Positions 22,604 to 35,291 are shown, counted from the first letter of the stretch. The stretch is DNA of 64,000 bases from Tetramitus jugosus (GCA_937625935.1 OW569386.1:186001-250000), one strand, 5' to 3'. Made by a program: numbers and translations. The notes: generated by a model from the sequence alone, not told the origin.

Positions 22604-24187
22604 ATGATTAAGAAGAGACTGCATTCTGAAATTGGAGGAGAAGATATGCAATCTTGTAAGGAATTACGACTTGAGTTCACGACTGAATTCAACTCTCTAC
22701 CACAGATCTCTGACGATGTGTGGGCTGATCACATTTTCTCCTATTTGGGCTTCACAGATCAGGTCAAGTTCCGTCTCTTATCTTGGTCACTTCATAGAGC
22801 TTCCTCAAGGCAATTAAGTAGAAATATCAGTTTCATGCAGAGATTGACTGAATATTTGGCCAAGAACAAGAATAGCCTTTCCTTCTCACAATACATGCAA
22901 GGAGTTGCAGGTGCTCGGGCATATCAACTCTCACTCAGAGAAGATTTCACACGTTCATTGATTGGAATCAAAGTGAGGAAGAATGAGGTTGTACAAAAAC
23001 TCATTCGACGAGTGTTGTCAGATCAAACCCTGTTCATAACCTACTTGGATGGTAAGAAAGAACAATATGGAGATTCATACTCGAGTATAACGGAATTCAA
23101 GATCTATCCCCTCGGTCACAGAAGAGACGAGACCAATTACATTCAGTTCTTTCATAAAACATTCAAGGAATGTTCAAATTCACTCTTGAAGAGGATTACA
23201 TTTGAAACAGCAAGCAGCAAGATTGCATCTGCTCTTGGAATTGATCTAAAGAGACGCTACAACTTGCTCTACATGTACTCTGAAGGAAAGGAGACTAAGC
23301 TGATACGAATGACTACCGAAAAGTTAACAAATCTAAAGGAACAACTAGGATCAAATTTTACAGATATTGATTCGACGCTCCTTCTCAATTTCTTTCTCGT
23401 GTTGGGAGATATGTGGGACAGTACTGAGTATGACTTGAATAGTATTCGACATTTTGGTTTCAGCAACTTTCAAGTTGCCTACAGAGAACCGTGGATTTCT
23501 CGACAGGAACGCAAGCTCAAACAACTACTAACCTCGTTCGAGGAAGAACCTGATTGGGGTTTTCGAAATGGATGCTTTGCTCACTTTTTGAAGCAAAAGA
23601 TGAGGAGATTCGCCTCTTCCATAATCCTGCGTGATTATGATGGTGTGTCATTCTTCATGCAACCATACGAGAGAGCAGAGAATAATCAGCTCGTCGATAT
23701 TGCAAAGAGAAGTGTGGAATACTGCCAAGGCAGCATCACAAACTTTGATGGGGTATATTCCAAGATCGAGTTCAACTCGAAATTCGTTTACAAGGGCGCA
23801 GAAAGACTGGAGGTTTTTCTTTTTGGATATCGAACACAAGAGGATGACTATCTAGCGACCAGGCGAAGGACCAACAAGCGAATTTACCAAAATATATGCT
23901 TGAAAGTTCAGAGTGAACAATCAGGCTTGCTCGTGTTCCGACTGACCAACAAGAATGACTACTCTGTGGTAAAGCGTTTGATGAACATGGAAGGTGTGAC
24001 TGACACCACCTTCATCAAACTATTGCTCGGAATTGGTCTCTCATGTGAAACCAAAAAGTACTGTGACAATCTGGAGAATTCATTTGAGGCCCTAAGTATG
24101 ACCAAGCGATCCTACACGATAACCAAACTTCAAGCATCAATGTTGGCACCCATTTCCTATAATCCAATGCAATACAAAAACAAATAA
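22604..24187 (+). CDS. F-box protein with uncharacterised C-terminus
   Basis: LPQISDDVWADHIFSYLGFTDQVKFRLLSWSL F-box; intact 527-aa ORF. Confidence 0.75.
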   Translation: MIKKRLHSEIGGEDMQSCKELRLEFTTEFNSLPQISDDVWADHIFSYLGFTDQVKFRLLSWSLHRASSRQLSRNISFMQRLTEYLAKNKNSLSFSQYMQGVAGARAYQLSLREDFTRSLIGIKVRKNEVVQKLIRRVLSDQTLFITYLDGKKEQYGDSYSSITEFKIYPLGHRRDETNYIQFFHKTFKECSNSLLKRITFETASSKIASALGIDLKRRYNLLYMYSEGKETKLIRMTTEKLTNLKEQLGSNFTDIDSTLLLNFFLVLGDMWDSTEYDLNSIRHFGFSNFQVAYREPWISRQERKLKQLLTSFEEEPDWGFRNGCFAHFLKQKMRRFASSIILRDYDGVSFFMQPYERAENNQLVDIAKRSVEYCQGSITNFDGVYSKIEFNSKFVYKGAERLEVFLFGYRTQEDDYLATRRRTNKRIYQNICLKVQSEQSGLLVFRLTNKNDYSVVKRLMNMEGVTDTTFIKLLLGIGLSCETKKYCDNLENSFEALSMTKRSYTITKLQASMLAPISYNPMQYKNK

Positions 24188-24223
24188 ATTATGAAATTGA
24201 AAATTTACGAAGTGATTATTATA

Positions 24224-27200
24224 TCATTCGTCTATTACTATCTGAGAATTATCATGTTGCTGGGCAAGTTTCTTGAGCAGATCAGGTATAACTTGTTGTG
24301 CCCCTCGTGTGTTTGCTTCAATTTGGGCCTGCATCATTTTGGCTGCTTCTTCTCTCGCTTCATCATCCGATTCATCGTCTGCTTCTTTTCCGAAGAGCAA
24401 GTCATGATGACTAAATCCAGAAATCTCATCGATTGAATCCAGGAATTCCAGATGTTTCTCAAATTCTGGGTAAGTTTTTCTATCAGCATGATGCAGCAAG
24501 TGAAGTTGTTGTTGGGTCTTGCTGTTTTGAGCATCATCCAAAGTAAACAACTCGTGCAACTCAGCATCGCTGAAATATCGATAGTTGTTCTCTTTCTCGA
24601 TTGCCGTTTTGGATAGGCCAGACTTGAAGATTTGCTTTCGATAAATCTTTTCCTCGATCGAAGAACAATTAATTAATCGGTAAATGACAACGTTTCGGGT
24701 TTGTCCAATACGATATGCTCTGTCCACAGCTTGATTATCAATTGCGGGATTCCAGTTGGGGTCCAAGATAATTACTCTGTCTGCACCAGTTAAAGTCAGA
24801 CCAACAGAGCCACACTGAGTCGTTAGAAGCATACAATTGATGCTCGAGTCTGTATTGAATCTTTCCACAATTTCACCTCTTACAGATGCACTTGTTGATC
24901 CATCAATACGAAGAAATTTCAACTCTAAGTCCTCTAGTAGAACTCTCTCGACGAGATTAATCATTCTCTTGTACTGTGAGAAAATAAGCGTACGATTGCC
25001 ATTCTTCTTATGCTCTCTTAGTAATTTCTTCATCACGATAACCTTACCAGAATCTGAGAGTTGCTTCAGTGAAGCCTTCTGAATTCGATTGGCGATGATT
25101 CTATCTTCGTGCTCTCTTATTAGTCTTGCAGCTAGTTTACTATCTTGAACGCCCTCTAGATCAACTGGAGGCATGTGTCCATACTTGGTCGATATGAGGT
25201 GATGATCACACAAAATTTTCAAAATGTTCAACAGTTGCAAAGGATTGGTTCCCACACGCACTTCCTTCTGCGAGCTGAGTGCGTCCTTCACTTCTCTGGA
25301 AGAGAGGAACTGTCGATATACACCCTCTTGTCGCTCTTGCATTTTGCAGTATATAATCAAGTCATTCTTTTGAGAGATTGTAGCTCGCACACTAGATCCA
25401 GATGCATTGGTCGCTCCGCTTGTTGCGTCCACAGCCTTCAACACTTCTAACTTATCTCTTCTCAGCATATAGTTCTGACATTTCTCACGCAACTCAACAG
25501 ACAGAGCATTACCGAGATATTTTACATTAGCGGATGCATTTCTTTTTGTGGATGCTGTGATAGGAATCTCATAGTTTCGTTTAAACTCGTGCTCCTCCCC
25601 GAGTAACACACCATTAAAAATGTAATCATAAAGAGCATATAACTCTCCTAGATTGTTCATGATGGGCGTGCCACTCAGAACAAACTTACACTTCGCAGAT
25701 AGTTGTCGCATGACCTGAGCTATTTGGCTCTTTTTGTTCTTGATGCTGTGCCCCTCATCTAAAATTACACAATTTAAACCATCGTCGCCCAAGTATTTGA
25801 CGAGCAGACTGATTTGAGACCTCGTGGTGGCATACGTGGTCAACAATACTCTACCGTGAGTGTTCTTTTTATCAGCAAACTTTCGTATTATGTGCTGTCT
25901 TTCTCCTGCATCAGTAATGCCATGGAATTTTACAACAGACACATTTGGAGCCCACTTGTTCAACTCCTTCTCCCAGTTTGTCAAAACACTCACGGGACTC
26001 AATATCAGGAAAGTGAATGCAATATCAGATCGTGCCATACCGTTAATGAAGGCAGCAATCTGTACGCTCTTACCCAGACCCATATCATCAGCCAGAATAC
26101 TATGTGAGAAGAATAGGTGAGTATGAACAAATCAAAGAACAAAGGAACCAAAAAACAACAACCACATACCCGCCACTCAATGCCTCATCAGCATGTCTGT
26201 TAATTAACCACTCAAGTCCTGAACGTTGATAACCGTACAACTTGTCGAAAACCTCTTTTTCAATCTCAAAGATTTGATCTGACGGTAGTTTTAACAGATA
26301 ACGACCACCTTCACTATCAAATATCCACCCAGTGGTCGACATGTCCAATCCTTCAGGTATTTTTCCATCCTTGTTAATTGAAACTGTCTTCCGTTTCTTG
26401 AATTGAGGGCTATGAATGGATGACAAATCAAGAATCTCGCCATCTGACTCCTCCTCTAAACTTGCGTAATCATCAATATCACTACCCAAAAACATTGCAC
26501 AATCAGAGTCTTCATCCGTTTCGTCATCATAATCAATTTCACTCTCTTCATCGTCATATACACCCCGATGTTTACCTCGTTTTTGGAATGACTCCTCTAA
26601 CCTAGATGTCTCTTGCTCAGATAATCTACACATATGTGAATACAACAACAAAACAACAACAAGAAAGATGAAAAATTTTGAATAAGAATCAATCACACAA
26701 AAACACTACCCACACATCCACACATACCCTGATTGATAATCACCATCCTCATAATCCTCACTTTCACTTGAATCGAGACCATAGAACTGACCACCAAAAC
26801 TTTTCTCCTCTCTAAATCTTCTCTTCTTCTTGAATTGTCTATTCTTGAGATCAAAAGTCTTAATGAGGCGTCGACGCTTCGATGGTGCCTTACTCGATGA
26901 AGCATCATCCATCCAATCACTTCCTGAACTCGCAGACTCTGCATCATTCATCTCTACGCTCCATTTTCGACTTGCTAGCAGCCGTTTCTTTGTTGCTTGT
27001 TGTTCATCACCTTCACTATCACTCGATATGTCAATACCAAGAATATTGGAAACGAGTTTGTGTGATGCCACCTTTTTTGTCGTTGTTGTTGCAGTCGGCT
27101 TGTTGTTCTGAGATCCAGAGCGGTGATTGAGTGCTCTTTCACTCGTCCGAACATCATCATCACTTTCAGCATTGCTGCTTCTTTTACGCTTTTGAGCTCT

Positions 27201-27932
27201 ATTTTGATGAGACTTGTCACTCTGACTATGGTGATGATTCTTATTCTTTGATTTGACGATATCCATATTCTCCTTGTTGTTGAAACGGTTCTTGTTGTTC
27301 TCTATTGTCGTCTGGTGACTCTTTGTACTCGAATTCTTCTTAATTTTCGTATTGAGAAGTAACTCATCAATAAGATCATCATCATCACTGTCACCTTCGA
27401 TCACAATATCATCATCACTATCATCAATTGTGATGACTGAATCATTTTCTGTTGTCAGCAGAGACTTTGTATTGTTGTTCGCAGCTTTTGCTGAGGAGAA
27501 TGAAATGGATGGTGAAGATGATGATGGTAAAGGAGAGAATGATGAGGATGATGAATAGGATGAGATATGGTTGGTTGTTGTATTGTTGTGAATGGTAGTG
27601 AGAACAGTTTGTTTTCTTGGTTTAATAGTTAACAAACGTTTCTTTGGTTGTTGAGCTGTTGTATGATGAGGACTACTATTATGATTATTACTATCACTGA
27701 GATGTAAGATTGGGTCAGTGTTTTTATAAGCTTTTTTGTTCGTTGTTGTTGTAGACGCTGGAGTGGTTGTTGATTTTGGAGCGTAGAGAATGGGATCTCT
27801 GTGTTGAGCACTTGTGATGGTTGTTCTTGGTTTGTTGTTGCTTCTATGGTCCAAGTAATCATCAATGCTATCACTATCACTGTCTAATAGTGTATGATGA
27901 TGATTTTGATGGTGATGATGAGAGCTTTTCAT
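24224..27932 (-). CDS. ERCC6L: SNF2-family DNA translocase ERCC6L/PICH (CHR24-like); introns 26727-26626 and 26169-26100
   Basis: Splicing restores GGILADDMGLGK. DEGH, SGTPIMNN, FSQ, RIDG, DPNWNPAIDNQAVDRAYRIGQ, EEKIYRKQIFK and RYFS..EL.ELF are PICH-type. Long disordered N-terminus. Confidence 0.85.
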
Positions 27933-28312
27933 TGTTGAATTGTTGTTGGATGTTTTTGTGCTTGAGGATGATGATGAAGGTGCTGTCGGTGTGATGATTG
28001 GTTGCGATAGCTTTTGTTCAGCTACGCGAACTGTGCTTTTTCGCCAACCATTTGCCAGAGCACACATTGCACAGCCGAAATGGGATCAAACAAGTTTGTG
28101 GTGATGAATTTCAATTTCCACTTTTTTTCGGAACTGGCGACTTTTTGTTGCTTGAATGGCAAAAATCGCGCCAAAAAATGAAAACCTCCGCTACACCCGT
28201 CTTGGAAGCATCTCATTCCCAAACGAATAGCTTTTCTTATCTCCGCGCAACAATGCGAACAAAAAGCACCCCAATCAAAGACAGTAGCTTGAAAAAAACG
28301 AACCAACACCTC

Positions 28313-29050
28313 ATGAGCACAACACTCAACCAAAAACCTGATGTTTCTCCACTGTCTGAAACAGAAGCTAGAAACTTGTTACAGTCACACTATGATCGAT
28401 TAGAGGCCATGTCCACCAGTGGTTGGCGCATTGTTCACCAACGCCTTCAAAATTGTGTCACAGTCAGCACCCGACACTTGGATTTGCCCGATGGAACTCC
28501 CGCTCCCAAAAGCGCGCCAATTCTCGTAAAGGGCGAATGTATTGTAAAAAATTGCGCGCCAAAAGAATTTTTCGACATTGTGGATCATGATGACATTGCT
28601 GTGCAGCAAAAGTTTGACCCAAAGCTCATTGTTCTTCAACCAAAGAAGATTTATAATGAGAAGGAAAGAGATGACGTGAGTGTGTATCGTGTCGCCTTCG
28701 AGTCACCCACCTCACTCGTGTCTAACCGTGATTTCGTGTTCGTTAGAGACGTGAAAAGGAAGGACAATGAGTCCTTTATTTGTAACCTAAGTTGTAGTGT
28801 GAGAGAAACAGTGGATTGGCCATTGGAGAGGCACTTTGTCAGAGGACACATCCACTTCTCCTATTGGCAATTGGAAGTGTCTCCTTTCAATGCCAATGAT
28901 ATGAAAGTGACATATATTAATTGTGTGGATCTGTGTGGGTGGATACCTACTGTGATCTTGAATTTGTTGAGTAATGATCAACCATTGGTCATTCAAAAGA
29001 TTGCAAAGTTGTTGAATAAGGAATTGGAGCCCATGCCGCCAGCTCATTAA
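28313..29050 (+). CDS. START-domain lipid-binding protein (start may be upstream, 28178)
   Basis: GW, VKGE, FD, VSNRDFV, FVRG, VTYI..VDLCGWIP. Confidence 0.85.
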   Translation: MSTTLNQKPDVSPLSETEARNLLQSHYDRLEAMSTSGWRIVHQRLQNCVTVSTRHLDLPDGTPAPKSAPILVKGECIVKNCAPKEFFDIVDHDDIAVQQKFDPKLIVLQPKKIYNEKERDDVSVYRVAFESPTSLVSNRDFVFVRDVKRKDNESFICNLSCSVRETVDWPLERHFVRGHIHFSYWQLEVSPFNANDMKVTYINCVDLCGWIPTVILNLLSNDQPLVIQKIAKLLNKELEPMPPAH

Positions 29051-29245
29051 AATTGTTGCGCCATTGATGCCACGAAATCAAAGGTAGTTAAACAATTAGA
29101 AAAAAGAATTGGTGACTGTCACAGTTGCTCAAGTCATCCAGCTAAACCTTAAGTTATTAATCCTATAGAATAAAATAGGTATTTCTTTGATTGTTCTTGA
29201 TTTATTGAATCAATAATCGATTTGTGTGTGCAGCATCCCGTTTTG

Positions 29246-29623
29246 TTAGATCCATGGAACTCTCCACAAATACCACATACTATGGCCAATGACAACTTTG
29301 TGAGGATGATCCGCTGGCTTCGCAACTCGACGAATACTCTTTTGCTCGATTGGTTTCTGTTGTTGATAATGCTCGCTAACTGTTCCCATTGATTCGCACA
29401 AGGAATCATCGTCAAAGTCTGACAAAGGAGTGAGTGAACTGGAAAATACAACACTCACTCTCTTCTCCGATTTTGTGAGAGGATTTGTCGTACAACTCGG
29501 TGTTCTTGTGTGTTGTTGCTCAATGAAGCTTGATTCACTTTCATCTGGGCTCCGGTTGACCTGGTCGTAGTCACTCTCTGGAGAAGCGATTGCTCGGATG
29601 GGAAAGTATATCATGTTCGTCAT
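29246..29623 (-). CDS. Hypothetical small protein
   Basis: 125-aa ATG-initiated ORF in an intergenic slot; no recognised domain. Confidence 0.4.
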   Translation of the reverse strand: MTNMIYFPIRAIASPESDYDQVNRSPDESESSFIEQQHTRTPSCTTNPLTKSEKRVSVVFSSSLTPLSDFDDDSLCESMGTVSEHYQQQKPIEQKSIRRVAKPADHPHKVVIGHSMWYLWRVPWI

Positions 29624-29835
29624 TTTATGGATTCAAATTACTTCACTCAACAAGCAGTTTACTGGGACTAGCGTTTTTCAAAGTACACTCGAAAGAGTTT
29701 TCTCTTCCCCTCGGTAGCAAAAACTTATTTGTGTGATCGAATACAATCTAAAAATTGGGAGCGGAGAAAAGAGAGGTGTCAAAAAACTTTCAAGGAGATC
29801 GGAGAACGCTTCTTGTTTTTGTATTTTTAGAAGGC

Positions 29836-32800
29836 TCACTCCAGTAAATAATGATCCATGTGGGTTTCACCTTCTGTGGGAAACAACTCTTGCAACTGGT
29901 TCGAGTTGGAGAGAATTGTTTCAAGCGTCTCGAAATTGGGGATGAAATGGAAGAGATTGCCTGATTGGAACACAGTTTGCGAACCAGGGTCGACAATGTG
30001 TCCTTGCTCCGGGGAATAGGGCAGTGTGACATTTGTGCGCTGTTGCTGTTGTTGTTGCTCCTGGGATAGAAACTGCATATGTGGTTGTTGCGTAAGCATC
30101 AGAGACGATGAGGCAGCTGGCACAGTATATAATTGTTGTTGAATATCTGGGTGCGAACTAGTGGTTTGTTGAGAGTACGGATATGATGTAGTAATGTCTT
30201 CAACATTTGTACTGCCCATACTACCACTATCTGAATAGCTCGTTGTTGTCGCATTGTTCTTGGCCAGTTCTTTCAGCATCATGATTTGTGGAGAGATACT
30301 TTGAGCGAGCATTTTCAGCTCCTTTGACATTTGAGCAAACTCGCCCGTTTCATACTTTTCGTACAATGCATCTAACGTTTGAATCTCAGCCTGCAAATAA
30401 GATAGTATATCTCTCAATTCTGCATGAGATGCATTCATATCGCCTAATAATGCTCTGACACGGGCAGCATGTGTTCTACAAGCATGCAAATATAACTCGA
30501 TGTAAACACCACCACCAATCAAGAAAATTTGTAAATTTTCAAAGCAGTATTTCGCTATTTGATTCGCAATGTTCAATTTTAAGCGATTGATTGATGCAAT
30601 CGTTTCTTGATCATATGTCGTTCTCAATGACTCAATATTCGCAATATACAACTGAAATCCTAGAGCACTGAGCCTATAAAACGTGACACTGTTCGGTTTT
30701 CGTTCCTCGTGCGGTATCCAATTGTTGTCGCTGAGCAAATCCTTGCACACAGACACAAACTTGTTCAATCGATCAATACCTTCTGGTTCCGTGTCCAAAA
30801 CCTTTAGCAGATTTCTAACACGTTGAAATCCGTTTGGCGTCTCTTGATACTTCATCGCTATTGACACGTTCTCATACGCTCTAATTGACAAATCGACAAG
30901 TCTCCTGAGACCCTCATAAGTACTGAAATCCTTGTAATCATTGTTCATCTCCATAATCATCTTCGTTCCATAATAAGTACCCATCAAAGCCGCAGTCGTT
31001 TCCTTAATTTTTTCCATGTGTTCTCGAGCATCTCCCGAGTAATGATTCACATTCAAATATCTTGCATTTCGCGTCTGTTGTAAAAACACTTTTACATTAC
31101 TGAGGAACAAGCGTGCTTCACCGACATGAACCCTCTTTCCAAACAAATAATTCACAATATTGATGCAAGCATGAGCCAACTTTGGATTCGTGGCCAAATA
31201 TGGATAAATCTCAGGGTGAAGCAACGTTTCTCGTGCTGTTCTAAACATGTCGTCTGCCGTCTGTCTCAATTGAATACGCGTAAAATTCTTTGTCAACTCC
31301 ATAATATCTGTCGTGTCGTTCACTATGCAACCATCCAGTACGGATTTCAATCTCCTTTGAACACTTTGATAAAAATCGGCTGCTGGTTGGTTTGTTGAGC
31401 TCGCTGATGTGTGTATCGGTGCATGATGCAACACAACAGCATTCAATGAATAAAACAGAGTCTTATTCACTCGAAACTCAAATGTTTCAGCATTCGGAGG
31501 AATACATGGCGGAATACCCGTTGTTGTGTTTTGCATCATTGCACCCTGTTGAGCCAAACCTGTCGACGAGGAAAATGGATTGGTTCTCTGTGCATTTGGA
31601 CCGGCATGGGTGACTGATTCTACTCCACTACCACTACCACTGCTTCCACTTGTACTACCACTGGCACCTCCACCATTGACGCTATCACTCCTGTTTCGAC
31701 CACCACCATTTCGACTGGGACTTCGACTACTGCTACTACTACTACTGCTGCTTGTTGTAATGGCTGTGACACCAGCCGGTAAAGCAATCTTCAAAATACT
31801 GTTATTCGTATTTTGATTGATGCTACTCACCACATGACCACCGCTACTACTAGGACTGTTACTACTACTTGTGCTACTACTATGCGTGTCATTGAGATTG
31901 ATATCATTGTCCTCTGCAGGTGGCATTTGATTGGTTAATATCAAATGTTTCAAATCTTTTCTTGCCGATGCTCGATCACATGTGCTATTGACACTGGCCA
32001 TGAATTTTGAACAAAGATCCAATACTCTGTCCAATGAGACAACTGTGTCATCTGCATTACCATTACCACCACTGGTGTTAATGTCAATAGTAGTGGTAGT
32101 AGGAGTAACAGCCGCATGATGATTACCACCAGATTCAACACCATGACTCGTCGCTGCACGTGAATGATGATTGTTCATCATTGTTGTTGGACTATAAGAA
32201 GGCTTCGATTGCGTTCCATGATGGTGATGCTGATTTGTCTGAGGATGATAGTATTGTTGTGATGCTGGTTGTTGTTGTTGATGGTGATGCTGTTGTTGTT
32301 GTTGTTGCGCATTTGTTTGATAATACGAAGGAGATGGTGAGTGAGACGATGGTGATGGAGACGATGTATTGTAATTGTTTTGTTGATACGAGTGATGATG
32401 AGGTTGATGCTGATGCTGTTGATTGACATAATGATGCTGTTGTGGTTGTTGTTGTTGATACGAATTTCGCGTATTTGCTGTTGATGAATACTGTTGTTGA
32501 TTCATCTGATGAGAATGATGATGATTCGCATACTGATTATTGTTATTGTGGTGATGTTGAGACGCATGATGATAATTTACATTCTGTTGTTGTTGATGTT
32601 GTTGGTGGTGTGATGATGGTGGTGGTTGTTGATGATGATGATGAGTATTATTATTGATGAAATGAGAAGCAGATGGTGATGCCGTGTTAGACGATGAAGA
32701 GGTAGAGCCAACAGGTGAAGCAACTGGACTATACGCTCTCGTTGTTGTTGTTGTCGTTGTTGAGTAATTGTGTGGTGTGGTACTTCTTGAAATTTTACTT

Positions 32801-33132
32801 GGTCTCATCATCAGTTCACCAACTCCACCACTTTGTTCATCATGCGCAGTATTACTCGGAGAATTATTACTATTATTATTAGTATGATTATTGTTCGTGT
32901 GGTTGTGACTAGTGGAGGAACGTTGTCGTTTTTTAGGTGGTTTATAACAACAGTTCAAATTGCGTTGTGCACATGCGGTACAGGCAGGCAATCGACGATC
33001 ACATTTTCGATGTGATGTTCTGCATTGAGCACATGAAATTTGAAAGTATTTGATAGAGTCGTTTCCACCTGATGAGTCAATGACAATGTTGGATATGGGT
33101 AACGTGTTGTCTGTTGTTGTTGTTGATGACAT
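29836..33132 (-). CDS. Zn(II)2Cys6 binuclear-cluster transcription factor with poly-Q/H/N region
   Basis: SCAQCRTSHRKCDRRLPACTACAQRNLNCCY followed by PPKKRQR; likely ATG at 33132. Confidence 0.85.
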   Translation of the reverse strand: MSSTTTTDNTLPISNIVIDSSGGNDSIKYFQISCAQCRTSHRKCDRRLPACTACAQRNLNCCYKPPKKRQRSSTSHNHTNNNHTNNNSNNSPSNTAHDEQSGGVGELMMRPSKISRSTTPHNYSTTTTTTTRAYSPVASPVGSTSSSSNTASPSASHFINNNTHHHHQQPPPSSHHQQHQQQQNVNYHHASQHHHNNNNQYANHHHSHQMNQQQYSSTANTRNSYQQQQPQQHHYVNQQHQHQPHHHSYQQNNYNTSSPSPSSHSPSPSYYQTNAQQQQQQHHHQQQQPASQQYYHPQTNQHHHHGTQSKPSYSPTTMMNNHHSRAATSHGVESGGNHHAAVTPTTTTIDINTSGGNGNADDTVVSLDRVLDLCSKFMASVNSTCDRASARKDLKHLILTNQMPPAEDNDINLNDTHSSSTSSSNSPSSSGGHVVSSINQNTNNSILKIALPAGVTAITTSSSSSSSSSRSPSRNGGGRNRSDSVNGGGASGSTSGSSGSGSGVESVTHAGPNAQRTNPFSSSTGLAQQGAMMQNTTTGIPPCIPPNAETFEFRVNKTLFYSLNAVVLHHAPIHTSASSTNQPAADFYQSVQRRLKSVLDGCIVNDTTDIMELTKNFTRIQLRQTADDMFRTARETLLHPEIYPYLATNPKLAHACINIVNYLFGKRVHVGEARLFLSNVKVFLQQTRNARYLNVNHYSGDAREHMEKIKETTAALMGTYYGTKMIMEMNNDYKDFSTYEGLRRLVDLSIRAYENVSIAMKYQETPNGFQRVRNLLKVLDTEPEGIDRLNKFVSVCKDLLSDNNWIPHEERKPNSVTFYRLSALGFQLYIANIESLRTTYDQETIASINRLKLNIANQIAKYCFENLQIFLIGGGVYIELYLHACRTHAARVRALLGDMNASHAELRDILSYLQAEIQTLDALYEKYETGEFAQMSKELKMLAQSISPQIMMLKELAKNNATTTSYSDSGSMGSTNVEDITTSYPYSQQTTSSHPDIQQQLYTVPAASSSLMLTQQPHMQFLSQEQQQQQQRTNVTLPYSPEQGHIVDPGSQTVFQSGNLFHFIPNFETLETILSNSNQLQELFPTEGETHMDHYLLE

Positions 33133-33729
33133 GTTGTCCGTTCGACCGTTGTGTGTGTTGCGTTGTTTTTCGCGTGTGTTCGTTGTGTGTGTTTTGTTGT
33201 TGAATATCTGATAGGGGAACTCTTTGATTTTTCTGGTTATTTTTTTTCCGTTCGAAAGGACCTTCGATGAAGAAACTACACATGTGTGGACGACAGGCAT
33301 CAATCAGCCTGGTTTTGGGCTGACTTGCTTGCTTGGAAAGCAAGTCCTGTTGGAATGAATGAACGGTTATCGTGAGAATATCGGATAAAGCGGCATTTCA
33401 ACGGAGTTTCCTCCCACCGGCTACGAAGTTGAAAAATACTCCATCAGCCTTTTCTCATGTTCTACCGTTATTACGAAGAACTTTTTGCAAACTTCGTCTC
33501 AGAGGGCACTTGAGTTTAAATTCGAGGTCCAATGCAAAAATGCACATATTTGACGGTGGTGGTTTTATCGTAGATTTCCGACCAGAAAAGGGTTTCTAAA
33601 GATGGCTCTCTCGCAAATGGTAAGTGCCAGCTTCAATTGTGGTTCAATTTTGTAAAGCTTCCGTTATCGACAATCCAATTTAAATGGTTTCTGCGTTCAG
33701 GGTCACACCAACTTGATCAAAAGAAAGAG

Positions 33730-35211
33730 ATGGAGCAATACAAGATTATCAATGACCCTATCTATGGTCATATCAAACTTGATAGTCGTTTGTTCACTAT
33801 TATTGATACTCCAGTGTTTCAAAGACTGAGAGATTTGAAACAGTTGGGTGGAATGTACTTTGTGTTTCCAGGTGCAGCACACAATCGTTTCGAACACTCT
33901 ATTGGTACAAGTTATTTGGCAGGAGAATGGATGAAACGATTCAAGGACAAACAACCAGAGCTCGAGATCACTGACAAAGATGTACTTTTGGTGCAAATTG
34001 CTGGTTTGTGTCATGATCTTGGACATGGTCCCTTCTCCCACATGTTTCAAGACATTTATGTGAAGAGAAACAAAGAATTGAAAGGATGGAAGCATGAGCA
34101 AGCCAGTTGTGATCTGTTGAAGTTAATCATTGAAGACTCGAAGGATAATGAAAAATTGCTGGATGAGGAAGATTTGGAAATTGTAAAGCATCTGATCATG
34201 GGTACCGTTCCTGAGATTTTTCCAAACCAAAAGAAGTTTATGTTCCAAATTGTTTGTAACAAGACGAACAGTATTGATGTGGACAAGATGGATTATTTGG
34301 TAAGAGATACTCATAGTGCAGGCCTACCATTAGGATTTTCAGTCAGCAGAATACTTGATAATAGTATAGTGTTCGGCACAGATATCTGTTTCGATGAAAG
34401 AGGAGTGTTCAATGTTGCCCAGATGTTCATTTCCAGATATGGCCTCCACAAGGAGGTCTACTCTCATGCAGTCGTAGAGTCTATAGAACTGATGATTGGA
34501 GATGTTTTTAAGAAGGTGGAGGATATGTTTCAAATCAATAAGATCCTCAAGGATATGACATCTTGTGATCAAGAGATAAAAAAACAAGGCCTAATTCGGT
34601 ATGCATTGCTCACAGACAGTTTATTGAAAATGGTTGAAAGAACAGAAGATCCTTCAAATGGAAATCTGGCTGCTGCAAAGGCATTAATAGAGAGAATTCA
34701 AACAAGACGTCATTACAAGTACATGGGAGGCTTTGCGATTCCGAAAAATTCAACCGACGAGATTGACGAGCATCTGGATTCATTGCAGAATTTTTTGCAG
34801 GAAGAGATTGCTAATTATCATGTGATCATTAAGAAAAGAAGTATCAACTTTGCCATGAAAGACAAGAATCCGTTATTGGCTATTCTGTTTTACTCAGGAA
34901 ATGAAGATGAGAAACCAAAGCGTAAAACTCTGAAAGAGATTAGTCCCATACTCTCAGCAGATATTGATGAGAATCAGACAAGAGTGTACCTCACTGTTCT
35001 GGACCAGGATATTCAAGACAAAGTATTCGAGAAGCTGAGTCGTTTTGAAAAAAGTTCTGGAAACTCTATCAGAGCTGTTCGTGTGTTTAGTCCCAAGTCC
35101 TTAAGAAAGAAACCCCGATGTGGAAAGGGAAGGAACATGACACCACAAAAACTCTTCACAGAGAATCCTCCCACCCAAGCGTCGGACAATGAGCGTGACC
35201 CGAAGAACTGA
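33730..35211 (+). CDS. SAMHD1: HD-domain dNTP triphosphohydrolase, SAMHD1-like (no SAM domain)
   Basis: DPIYGHI, FQRLRDLKQLG, HNRFEHSIG, HDLGHGPFSH, HE, DVDKMDY..RD, VYSH. Confidence 0.9.
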   Translation: MEQYKIINDPIYGHIKLDSRLFTIIDTPVFQRLRDLKQLGGMYFVFPGAAHNRFEHSIGTSYLAGEWMKRFKDKQPELEITDKDVLLVQIAGLCHDLGHGPFSHMFQDIYVKRNKELKGWKHEQASCDLLKLIIEDSKDNEKLLDEEDLEIVKHLIMGTVPEIFPNQKKFMFQIVCNKTNSIDVDKMDYLVRDTHSAGLPLGFSVSRILDNSIVFGTDICFDERGVFNVAQMFISRYGLHKEVYSHAVVESIELMIGDVFKKVEDMFQINKILKDMTSCDQEIKKQGLIRYALLTDSLLKMVERTEDPSNGNLAAAKALIERIQTRRHYKYMGGFAIPKNSTDEIDEHLDSLQNFLQEEIANYHVIIKKRSINFAMKDKNPLLAILFYSGNEDEKPKRKTLKEISPILSADIDENQTRVYLTVLDQDIQDKVFEKLSRFEKSSGNSIRAVRVFSPKSLRKKPRCGKGRNMTPQKLFTENPPTQASDNERDPKN

Positions 35212-35291
35212 GCAACAACAGGCATCACCGAAATTGTGCGCCAAAGCTTTTTGATTAAAAATTTCTTCGTCATTTATTCCGCACAAAAACC

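Noticed and set aside
29836-33132. Zn2Cys6 factor as evidence of fungal origin or novelty
   Set aside because: This domain is already known in Naegleria and Dictyostelium, and the neighbouring genes do not look fungal.
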